64,000 bases of DNA from the NCBI GenBank assembly GCA_051532055.1, contig JAOPTX010000008.1, forward strand, positions 32,001 through 96,000, in the 5' to 3' direction. The position numbers and the translations under genes were made by a program. Below the pieces are notes generated by a model. The model had not been told where the DNA came from. It ran no database searches and saw only the letters and a program-made list of their open reading frames with translations. This document shows positions 1 through 8,491 of the stretch, one piece after another (positions within the stretch are counted from its first letter, which is position 1; each line of letters starts with the position of its first letter). The stretch comes from Fibrobacterales bacterium (GTDB taxonomy: Bacteria; Fibrobacterota; Fibrobacteria; Fibrobacterales; JAOPTW01).

Positions 1-159
1 CTTTTCTTTAGCCAATTCATCCCGACCCACAATCCATCAAAATTCTGTGGTCTAAAGATACCAATTTAAACCATGTGACGTACTTAAAAGAATCTCTCAA
101 TTACGCTTTAAAATTTTCTTTTAATAGCCAGCGATTGGTTTACTGATTTATTTAAGACC

Positions 160-1152
160 CTATTCTAAAATTCGATTAAAATATTGCTCAACTCGAGTAC
201 TATCTTTATCAATATACCATATCATTAATGAATCATCATTTCGAACAAATTGGGTTGAATCTATAGAAGTGCTATCTTTAGTATCATCAGGATCAACAAA
301 TTGTTCAGTAATTAACCAATCATCAATGAGATTCCAAAAACCTGAACTTGAATCTTTAATGTTATATTCTTCTACTTCAATATGATATATATACGTTGAA
401 TCTTGGTTAAACTGTAGAACAATTGAAACACCTTCTATTGGAAAAGTATCGCCTACCATATAATCAAATTTCCATAACCCTACAATATCATCTATGGTGT
501 TAAAAAAATATTGAGAAGTATCAGATGTACTATAGATGTCACTTGCATAAACCGTCACTTGATATTCTTCTCCTTTAGTGAGAGAATCAAGAGTCCCATT
601 ATTTGAACTATCAACCCATTCTTTTACGAGCAGAGTATCCACATCAGAAATAGTATAGAGGCTCCAATTAAAGAAAATGGAATCATTTTCAATGTCTTCT
701 GAATGGACCGGAAGAATTATTTGAGTAGCCAAGTAATCCTGCTTGTTATCAGGAAACGATACTACTGGTCGGGTTGGTGATGAATTAATTAAAGTAGAAA
801 ATTGAATGGTATCTGAATTCACGCTCTCAATACCGTCTGTAACGAGGACAAACATTTCATACGTTTCATCATATGCTAGTGATTCAATTTCTAAAGTAAA
901 TTCCTCTGTTTGCCCCCAAGGGATAAACTGAGTGTCTGAATTAATTGCCTTTATGTATACAGAATAGCGGAGGGTATCCCCATCGATATCAGCAGCACTC
1001 CATCCCGCAGTGTAGGAGAGAGGCATAGATTGTACTGAGTCCCGAGGATAAATAATGACTGGTTTAGTTGGTTGATTGTTAATTTTTGCTTCAACTGGGT
1101 TCTCACACCCTAATAATGAAAGGAGTGCCAAAAGGCACAATATGAATTGCAT
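160..1152 (-). CDS. Lipoprotein with two FN3/Ig-like repeats and a C-terminal lipocalin-like domain
   Basis: Lipobox LLGC; two similar 'NxxPTxPV..P' beta-sandwich units; 'IVGLWKF' lipocalin-like start. Confidence 0.55.
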   Translation of the reverse strand: MQFILCLLALLSLLGCENPVEAKINNQPTKPVIIYPRDSVQSMPLSYTAGWSAADIDGDTLRYSVYIKAINSDTQFIPWGQTEEFTLEIESLAYDETYEMFVLVTDGIESVNSDTIQFSTLINSSPTRPVVSFPDNKQDYLATQIILPVHSEDIENDSIFFNWSLYTISDVDTLLVKEWVDSSNNGTLDSLTKGEEYQVTVYASDIYSTSDTSQYFFNTIDDIVGLWKFDYMVGDTFPIEGVSIVLQFNQDSTYIYHIEVEEYNIKDSSSGFWNLIDDWLITEQFVDPDDTKDSTSIDSTQFVRNDDSLMIWYIDKDSTRVEQYFNRILE

Positions 1153-1313
1153 AGGATATCCTAAAATAAGTATTTGCTAATTAGACGAGTAAATGAGAGT
1201 AATGGTGCCCTCATTGTAAAATTAGTTAATTAACCCATAATTTATTCAATGCAACAAACGCTCCAAAAGAACGGAACTCAGAAGCGTACAGCTATCATTC
1301 AATTAAATATTTT

Positions 1314-1979
1314 CTACTGTTTTTCAGCCATATACATTTTAATGGGCACCGGAGAATCTATGCTATTCTCTTCAAATGAGGATATCACAGGTACTTTAAC
1401 AAAACCCGAATCTAAAGAACCGCACTGTTGTTCAAAAGGAATATATTGATATTTATAGATATGCTCTGAGTTTGCGTCATTACTACTCCAATAAGCCACC
1501 CAATATTGAGATGCCTGAGTAGCAGTTCCTTTTTCGATAGTACAGATTTTATTATCAAATGAAGAGTCATCATATATATCAACATCACTAAAGGCTCCCA
1601 TATAGCTCTCCAAGCTATCAAGGTTACAATTAACCTCAAAGGGGAAAATAACATTTGTATCAGGCGCCTCTATTGAAAAATCAAATACTCCATTTTCTGT
1701 AATATCATAGAGCTCTGCTTCATACTCATGGAAATAATGGTCGTAACCCCCTAAAACAAACTGATCACCAATTGCAACAGTTAGGATAGGATCATTAAAG
1801 GAATCGAATACTGTATATTGCCCGGTAAACGTAGCGACACAAGGTTGAGGGCTTAGACCTATTGATTCAATTTCGAGTCGTTTTCTTGTACTCCCCGATT
1901 CGCTTGGCGTTACCTCAGTTGTATCAAGAAAACATCCTATTAACAGTAGTGTAGATACAGTAATCAGTAAAAAATGCAT
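1314..1979 (-). CDS. Hypothetical lipoprotein
   Basis: Lipobox LIGC followed by FLD; 221 aa; GAGGG SD-like sequence upstream. Confidence 0.6.
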   Translation of the reverse strand: MHFLLITVSTLLLIGCFLDTTEVTPSESGSTRKRLEIESIGLSPQPCVATFTGQYTVFDSFNDPILTVAIGDQFVLGGYDHYFHEYEAELYDITENGVFDFSIEAPDTNVIFPFEVNCNLDSLESYMGAFSDVDIYDDSSFDNKICTIEKGTATQASQYWVAYWSSNDANSEHIYKYQYIPFEQQCGSLDSGFVKVPVISSFEENSIDSPVPIKMYMAEKQ

Positions 1980-2213
1980 AGTGTGCCCTCAAATAATATG
2001 ATGGGGCACAATATAGTAATTGAATAGGGTCTTCAAAAAGATTAAGTAGCATACCCATCCCATCCCCAAATACCCAGATAACGCATCATTCGTTCACCAT
2101 TTCAATGATATCTCAGTGAACAAAATAGCATTTTACATAGATATTAACACTTTATTGGCTATTTTTAGTCACCTTATGTTTGATTTTAATTTCCAAAGAG
2201 ATACCTTAGGGAT

Positions 2214-3056
2214 ATGACTACTATATTTAATTACTTCAACTACCATGAGTTCCTGAAAGATTGGTTCAGAACTCAGAAGGAGCTGCGAAGCGGTGTTACC
2301 CTGCAATCGATTACTGATGCCGTTGGAATAAAATCCAAAAGCTATCTACATCGCATCACCAGAGGCACCGCTCGACTCTCCGAAAAATCCCTACCTGCGC
2401 TTTGCAGGGCACTCAAACTGAACCAAGGCGAAAGTGACTATTTGTCCCTTCTCGTTCAGTTTAAACATTCCAAATCAGACAACGAAAAAAATGGTCTGCT
2501 GGTACAAATTCAAGCGCTTGCTAATAGTGATGCCTTCGAATTAGAACAGAAAAAGTATATCTATTTTAGCAAGTGGTATATACCGGCTATTCGTGAGCTC
2601 GTGACCTGCCTCGAGTTTGGTGAAAACTATCAACGTCTTGGTAGAGCCCTTACTCCGGTAATTTCTGTGAAAGAGGCCAAAGAGGCAATTCAGTTGCTTC
2701 TCGAGCTTGACCTCATAGAAAAAGAAGGGGTGCTGTATCGGCAAAAGCAGAATATTGTTATTGCCAAGAGTGACATTGATTTTTTGGCACTCAGAAACTA
2801 TCAGAAATCATTGATAGATTTAGGATATCAATCAATTGACCGCTTTACCCCTAATCAACGTGAAACGCTCTCTATATGTGCGGGTGTTTCAAAAGATGGC
2901 TATGCGCAACTCAGCTTTGCCCTCAAAGAGTTTCAAAAGAGAGTCGTTGAAATTCTTAATCAAACAGACACGGTAGAACTTACCTGTCAAATTAATACAC
3001 AGGTATTCCCTGTCTCAAAAATTATTTCACAAAAAGGAATCGACTATGAATCATAA
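2214..3056 (+). CDS. TIGR02147 family protein (N-terminal HTH + DUF4423)
   Basis: IFNYFNYHEFLKDW start, 'YFSKWYIPAIRELV', 'AKEAIQLLLELDLIEK', C-terminal 'QINTQVFPVS' typical of the family. Confidence 0.9.
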   Translation: MTTIFNYFNYHEFLKDWFRTQKELRSGVTLQSITDAVGIKSKSYLHRITRGTARLSEKSLPALCRALKLNQGESDYLSLLVQFKHSKSDNEKNGLLVQIQALANSDAFELEQKKYIYFSKWYIPAIRELVTCLEFGENYQRLGRALTPVISVKEAKEAIQLLLELDLIEKEGVLYRQKQNIVIAKSDIDFLALRNYQKSLIDLGYQSIDRFTPNQRETLSICAGVSKDGYAQLSFALKEFQKRVVEILNQTDTVELTCQINTQVFPVSKIISQKGIDYES

Positions 3057-4641
3057 ACTACTCGTACTTATGAGCACCTTCTTTCTCTTATTAATGGGCT
3101 GTGCAATGGAACTTGCAAAAGATGAAACAACCAATGGCGTTATCACTGGTGGTACTATTGTGCCCACAACAATTGCCGTTAAAAAAACAACTGACACTAA
3201 AGACATCCCTGATGAAGCCTATCTGTATCAAGAAAGTAATCCAACAGAACTCTTTAAAAGTACCTCACTGAAGAAAGATGGAAGTTTTATCTTTAGCGAA
3301 CTCCCTCTGGGTAAATACGACATAATGATAAAAAACAACTCATTTGGTGGGCTGTATACCTCTATAACTCTTGATGCTGAAGACCCAACTTACCACATTC
3401 AAGAGCTCGCAATTACGGCTATTGAGTATCTCCCCATTGATATCGATGAGGACATGGAAGATTTCACTCTCTATAATTATCATATTGAGATTGATAAGAA
3501 TCGTGATGATGCGTTTCTCTTTCCGTTCATTATGCATCAAGATGAGAATGGTCACTTTGTGCAATACGTGCATACCTACGATAATAAAAATGATAAGTCG
3601 TCCGCCTACACTCTTACCACCGGTACACCGTACTTAATCCCTACTCCTACAGAGCCGGTCTGCGAAGAAAACAAAGATTGTTCTTTAGAAATTACTAAGG
3701 CTCTTTGCAGCGATGGCATTGACAATGATGAAAATGGATTTGTTGATTGTGATGACTTACTCTGCCTTGACTTTGTAATGTGTCAAGACATCCCGCCACA
3801 ACCACTTGAAGGCTCAAATGAAACATGTAGTGATGGTATTGACAATGATGACGATGGCAAGGTTGATTGTAGTGATATGGATTGTTTAGGCAAAGCAGGA
3901 TGTTTAATTGAATTGGATTGTACCGATGGATTAGACAACGACAACAATGGCAACACAGATTGTGAAGATGCTGTTTGTTCAGGCCATAGCAGCTGCTCTA
4001 GTGATACAGAATACACCTACGATAGATGTCAAGACGGAACAGATAATGATGACGACGGTAAAATTGATTGCGATGACCCTCATTGCCTCGACTTTGTATT
4101 TTGTCAAGAGCCAACAGAAGATACTGACTCCCAGTGTAAAGATGGAATTGATAACGATAAAAACGGCCGTGTAGATTGTGACGATCAAAAGTGTGCGGTA
4201 TTTCCACAATGTAGGGATGAAGAAATGGAAAATACTTTTGAACTCTGCACTGATCAAGTTGATAATGATGGAAATGGCGATATAGACTGCGCTGATTCAA
4301 GGTGTAAAACATTTGTAATATGTAATGTCGCTGAAAATGAGCCATCAATGTGCCTTGATGGAATAGATAATGATGGTGATGGCTCGGTAGATTGCGATGA
4401 CAATGAGTGCCAACTCTTTGACTTCTGTAATGAAGCAGATGCTGCTACTTGTCAAGATGGAATAGACAACGATAGTGATGGCCTTACTGACTGTGCAGAT
4501 GATAGCTGTAGATACCACGATTTTTGTGGTGAAACAACAGCTATACTTTGCACAGATGGAATAGATAATGATGTGGATGGACTGGTTGATTGTGATGACG
4601 ATGAGTGTCGAATTTTTTCGGAATGCAACGAGAATCCTTAA
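3046..4641 (+). CDS. Lipoprotein with carboxypeptidase-regulatory-like domain and 9 Cys/Asp-rich repeats
   Basis: Lipobox LMGC; 'DGSFIFSELPLGKYDI'; nine CxDxxDNDxxGxxDCxDxxC units; 11-bp overlap with TIGR02147 gene. Confidence 0.75.
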   Translation: MNHKLLVLMSTFFLLLMGCAMELAKDETTNGVITGGTIVPTTIAVKKTTDTKDIPDEAYLYQESNPTELFKSTSLKKDGSFIFSELPLGKYDIMIKNNSFGGLYTSITLDAEDPTYHIQELAITAIEYLPIDIDEDMEDFTLYNYHIEIDKNRDDAFLFPFIMHQDENGHFVQYVHTYDNKNDKSSAYTLTTGTPYLIPTPTEPVCEENKDCSLEITKALCSDGIDNDENGFVDCDDLLCLDFVMCQDIPPQPLEGSNETCSDGIDNDDDGKVDCSDMDCLGKAGCLIELDCTDGLDNDNNGNTDCEDAVCSGHSSCSSDTEYTYDRCQDGTDNDDDGKIDCDDPHCLDFVFCQEPTEDTDSQCKDGIDNDKNGRVDCDDQKCAVFPQCRDEEMENTFELCTDQVDNDGNGDIDCADSRCKTFVICNVAENEPSMCLDGIDNDGDGSVDCDDNECQLFDFCNEADAATCQDGIDNDSDGLTDCADDSCRYHDFCGETTAILCTDGIDNDVDGLVDCDDDECRIFSECNENP

Positions 4642-4676
4642 ATACTCATTCACTCTTTAACTATTCAATAAGCGCC

Positions 4677-4705
4677 AAGGTCACTCTATATGAGTGGCCT
4701 TTTTT
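4677..4705 (+). terminator. Rho-independent terminator
   Basis: aaggtcactc/gagtggcctt stem followed by T run, between convergent genes. Confidence 0.75.
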
Positions 4706-4716
4706 ATTACTCTCAG

Positions 4717-5688
4717 TTAGCTTCTCGAAAAAGGAAAACTCAAAACCTTTGAAAGGTCTTCTTCACCAAGTATCAGCATAATCAGCCGATCAAGACCAAT
4801 AGCAACCCCCGCACATTGAGGGACTCCCGATTGTAATGCATCAAGAAAAAAGTCATCTTTGGACAATATCCTTTTACCCAACTCCTTGCGTTTTTCAACA
4901 TCATCAGTAAAACGCCTTTCTTGCTCTTTTGGGTCGATAAGTTCTTCATACCCATTACAGAGCTCTACCCCATTAATATAGAGTTCAAATCGTTTTGCAA
5001 CGAGAGTATCATACTGATCAGTGTAGGTCTGAGCAAGAGCCGCCTGAGATGCAGGATAGTCACAGAGGAGCTCTGGTCCATCTTTGCCAAGATTGGGCTC
5101 AACGCATTGTGAAAGAATGTAGATAAGCCACTCATCGATATTATCAGATTCAATAGTGGGTAAATCATGAGCTTCAGCGAGGGACATAGCACAATTTACC
5201 GTGAGCTTGTGAGGATCTACCTTTAAATAATTTAAAAAGGCATCTCTATAGGTAATGACAGAATAGGGCCCAAAATCACCAAGTTCATTCACCAAGTCCA
5301 TTACTTCGACAATGAGCTCACGATAACTCATCCCCACTCGATACCATTCAAGAATGGTAAATTCAGGATTGTGAATTGGTCCAGACTCACCGTTTCTAAA
5401 TGCCTTGCATATTTGAAAGATCGATGGATAGCCCGCCGCAAGCATACGCTTCATAAAAAATTCTGGGCTGGTACTGAGGTAGCGTTTCTCTTTAGGGGTT
5501 TCTGTGCCATCGATATAGTGATCAGTATCATAGACATCAATGTATGGGTCTAGGCCCGAACCTCGAGAGAGAATGGGTGTCTCAACCTCAAGCACATCAA
5601 TAGCATGAAAAAAAGACCTGATCTTATGAATCAGGTCTGCTCGCTTTCGCGCAGTTTCTATAGAGAGTGTCGGTTTAAAGTCAGACAT
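4717..5688 (-). CDS. epmA: EF-P lysine aminoacylase (LysRS-like EpmA/GenX)
   Basis: 'LEVETP', 'YLSTSPEFFMKRMLA', 'FRNGESGPIHNPEFTILEWY', 'GVAIGLDRL'; no anticodon-binding domain; adjacent to efp. Confidence 0.95.
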   Translation of the reverse strand: MSDFKPTLSIETARKRADLIHKIRSFFHAIDVLEVETPILSRGSGLDPYIDVYDTDHYIDGTETPKEKRYLSTSPEFFMKRMLAAGYPSIFQICKAFRNGESGPIHNPEFTILEWYRVGMSYRELIVEVMDLVNELGDFGPYSVITYRDAFLNYLKVDPHKLTVNCAMSLAEAHDLPTIESDNIDEWLIYILSQCVEPNLGKDGPELLCDYPASQAALAQTYTDQYDTLVAKRFELYINGVELCNGYEELIDPKEQERRFTDDVEKRKELGKRILSKDDFFLDALQSGVPQCAGVAIGLDRLIMLILGEEDLSKVLSFPFSRS

Positions 5689-5826
5689 ATTCCAAATACG
5701 AATATCACAATATATTAACCAAATTTTTGTTCCAGTACCAAGCGGTTCGAGGCATCTGATTTTCCTGTTAGTGTACTATTAGAAATATCAGATAACGAAG
5801 AAATGCGCAGTGTAATGGGGCAAAAA

Positions 5827-6396
5827 TTATTCTTTAGAGCGTTCTACATATTCCCCGGTTCTTGTATCAACTTTGATTTTCATACCTTGAGAGATAAACA
5901 GAGGAATATGGATCTCTGCACCACTTTCTAAGATACCTGGACGAGTAACATTGCCCGTAGTATCTCCACGTGCTCCCGGAGGTGCATCGGTCACCACTAA
6001 GTGCATAAAGTTAGGGAGTTCTACTTCAATAACAGTGTCATTCCACATAAGGACTTCACAAGGAGTGTTATCAAGAAGAAAACGCTCTTGACCATCAAGG
6101 GCTAGTTTAGGAACTTCGATTGTCTCATAAGTCGATTGATCCATGAATGAGTATGTCTCACCATCATTATAGAGATACTCCATTTTATTAGAAGTAACAT
6201 CAGCTTTATCAACCATCTCACCCGATTTCCATGTTCTATCTATAACACGACCATTTAAAAGGTTTTTGATTTTCACACGATTAAACGCCTGACCTTTTCC
6301 TGGTTTTACAAATTGGTTATCGATAATTTCATACGGTTGATTATCAATCAGAATCTTCAATCTTTTTCTAAATTCATTGGTGTTCACTTTAGCCAT
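5827..6396 (-). CDS. efp: Elongation factor P
   Basis: 'VKPGKGQAF' loop with modifiable Lys; 'KVDTRTGEYVER'. Confidence 0.98.
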   Translation of the reverse strand: MAKVNTNEFRKRLKILIDNQPYEIIDNQFVKPGKGQAFNRVKIKNLLNGRVIDRTWKSGEMVDKADVTSNKMEYLYNDGETYSFMDQSTYETIEVPKLALDGQERFLLDNTPCEVLMWNDTVIEVELPNFMHLVVTDAPPGARGDTTGNVTRPGILESGAEIHIPLFISQGMKIKVDTRTGEYVERSKE

Positions 6397-6454
6397 GAAT
6401 AGTTCCTTGTTGCAAACTCACATTTTGATGCAAAATTAACAAAAATTACACTAT

Positions 6455-7456
6455 ATGGATGATCAATCGAATACAAATAGCCCTAACGGCCCTTCTTTTA
6501 GCTGGCGAGATGAACTCTCTGACGCATTAACCACCGTCAAAGCACTTGCTCACTACCTCAAACTAAAAGAATCTGAAATTGCCTCAACAACGCCAGAATT
6601 CCCTATATTTGTACCCAAAATCTTTGCAGACAAGATAAACCCCAGTGACCCCAACGACCCAATTCTTGCCCAAGTAGCCTTTTCTGATAGAGAATTAGAG
6701 CTGCAAGAGGGATTTACTGATGACCCCGTTGGTGATATTGCCTCTGCGGTCGATTATGGGGTTCTTAAAAAATATGCATCCCGAGCCCTCCTCCTTTCAA
6801 GTCCTGCATGCTCAGTCAACTGCCGCTTTTGCTTTAGACGCAACACCGATTATCCTGTGCTCAGCACAACCCAAAAAATGGAAGTTGTAGAAAAAATAGC
6901 GGCTGACGAATCCATTGATGAGATTATTCTGAGTGGTGGTGACCCCTTGATGATGGGTGATATTGAGCTCTCTACCCTTTTTGAAACGTTCAACCAAATT
7001 GACTCAATAGAGCGTATCCGCATTCACACACGCATGCCCGCAGTGCTACCCAGTCGCATTACTGCAGAACTCTGTGCAGCGATTCAGCAATGTTCAAAAA
7101 AGATAATCATTGTCCTTCACTGTAATCACCCCAATGAACTTGATGAAGTCACCAAAGAAGCACTCTGGAAGCTTTCTATCTCGGGTGCCCTCCTCCTAAA
7201 CCAGAGCGTACTTCTCAAAGGGGTCAATGACTCTGTTGATACACTGGTCGCTCTTTCTGAAAAATTGGTTGCCCAGGGGGTTACCCCATATTATCTCCAT
7301 CAACTTGATCGAGCCAAAGGCGCTCATCATTTTGAAGTATCTATCGATGAAGGTCGTAAGCTTATCGAAGAGATGCGTAGTTCTGTTTCGGGGTATTTGG
7401 TACCTCGCTATGTGCAGGAGATTGCGGGGGAGGCGAGTAAGACGGTGTTGTTGTAG
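6455..7456 (+). CDS. epmB: EF-P beta-lysylation lysine 2,3-aminomutase (KamA-family radical SAM)
   Basis: CSVNCRFCFRR cluster motif, 'ILSGGDPL', 'RIHTR', 'LLNQSVLLKGVND', 'PYYLHQLD'; divergent from efp. Confidence 0.93.
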   Translation: MDDQSNTNSPNGPSFSWRDELSDALTTVKALAHYLKLKESEIASTTPEFPIFVPKIFADKINPSDPNDPILAQVAFSDRELELQEGFTDDPVGDIASAVDYGVLKKYASRALLLSSPACSVNCRFCFRRNTDYPVLSTTQKMEVVEKIAADESIDEIILSGGDPLMMGDIELSTLFETFNQIDSIERIRIHTRMPAVLPSRITAELCAAIQQCSKKIIIVLHCNHPNELDEVTKEALWKLSISGALLLNQSVLLKGVNDSVDTLVALSEKLVAQGVTPYYLHQLDRAKGAHHFEVSIDEGRKLIEEMRSSVSGYLVPRYVQEIAGEASKTVLL

Positions 7457-7498
7457 TAGAAACCTAGATCAACACCATTGAACAACTATAGGTCATCA

Positions 7499-8272
7499 TC
7501 AATTTTTAGTAGTCTCAGCACAAAATGAGAACACTTTACACTTCCTATCGTCACAGTCAGTTGCACCATTATTATCATTATCCACGCCATCCTTACATTG
7601 CACTTCTGTATTTTCAACAGGCTTATTGCAAATTATAAAGGATTTGCACGCTGATTCGTCACAATCAATGACTCCATCCTCGTCATTATCGATACCATCA
7701 GAACAGGATTTTAAAGTGTTTTCCATTACCTCTTGGCAAAGGGTAAAATTTCTACAGCTAGAGTCTTCACAATCGATTCTGCCATCTTCATCATTATCGA
7801 CCTCATCTTGACACTCTTCAAAAGTCTCTTCGTGTGGGCCATGACAAAAATCAAAACTCCCGCACCCTGGGTCATAGCAATCGACAAGTCCATTTAAATC
7901 ATTATCAACACCATCGGTACATTTAGTGGCCGTGTTTTCTAACACCATTGCACAGCGAATATCTTTAGAATCTTCACTACAATCAAGTGGTGACCAAAGC
8001 TCTTCATCCTCTTCATTACTCATAGGAATAGTATTTGGCTCTGATTCTGAAGATGAGTCATTGAAATACGAGTAGTTTGTTGGGTCACAAACATCTACGG
8101 TATAGCAGTCTTGGTCGATACAATCAATATAACCATCCTCATCATTATCAAGACCATCGCTACAAAGGCGATCGGTTGATTCTTCTGACAATTCAGTATT
8201 GACTGGTTTTGAGGTTTCTAAAAAGCAACTTGAAAACAGGAGTAACGTTATTACAGCAATAACTCGTTTCAT
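7499..8272 (-). CDS. Lipoprotein made almost entirely of 5 Cys/Asp-rich repeats
   Basis: Probable start MKRVIAV (8272) giving lipobox FSSC-FLE; five CxDxxDND repeats; no catalytic domain. Confidence 0.75.
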   Translation of the reverse strand: MKRVIAVITLLLFSSCFLETSKPVNTELSEESTDRLCSDGLDNDEDGYIDCIDQDCYTVDVCDPTNYSYFNDSSSESEPNTIPMSNEEDEELWSPLDCSEDSKDIRCAMVLENTATKCTDGVDNDLNGLVDCYDPGCGSFDFCHGPHEETFEECQDEVDNDEDGRIDCEDSSCRNFTLCQEVMENTLKSCSDGIDNDEDGVIDCDESACKSFIICNKPVENTEVQCKDGVDNDNNGATDCDDRKCKVFSFCAETTKN

Positions 8273-8372
8273 AAATTTTCCAAAAGGAATGTGTGTCCAT
8301 AAAAAAGATACTATTCTGAGAAAGTATTTGATGTACTTGGCCATAGATACTTAATTAAGCGGTCACTGATTG

Positions 8373-8407
8373 TGAGTGGGTGAGTGAGTGAGTGAGTGAG
8401 TGAGTGA
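8373..8407. repeat. Tetranucleotide SSR (TGAG)n
   Basis: tgag-tggg-(tgag)6-tga in the intergenic region upstream of the Cys-repeat lipoprotein. Confidence 0.9.
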
Positions 8408-8491
8408 TTATACTGTAACTAATTCCCCAAAATGCTGGCCATTTGTTTTAGGAATTCAATACAGTAGTACATCCTCCTAATACAGCACACA

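Noticed and set aside
1..159. Possible gene start at the left edge (minus strand MNWLKK...)
   Set aside because: Too little sequence to support a call
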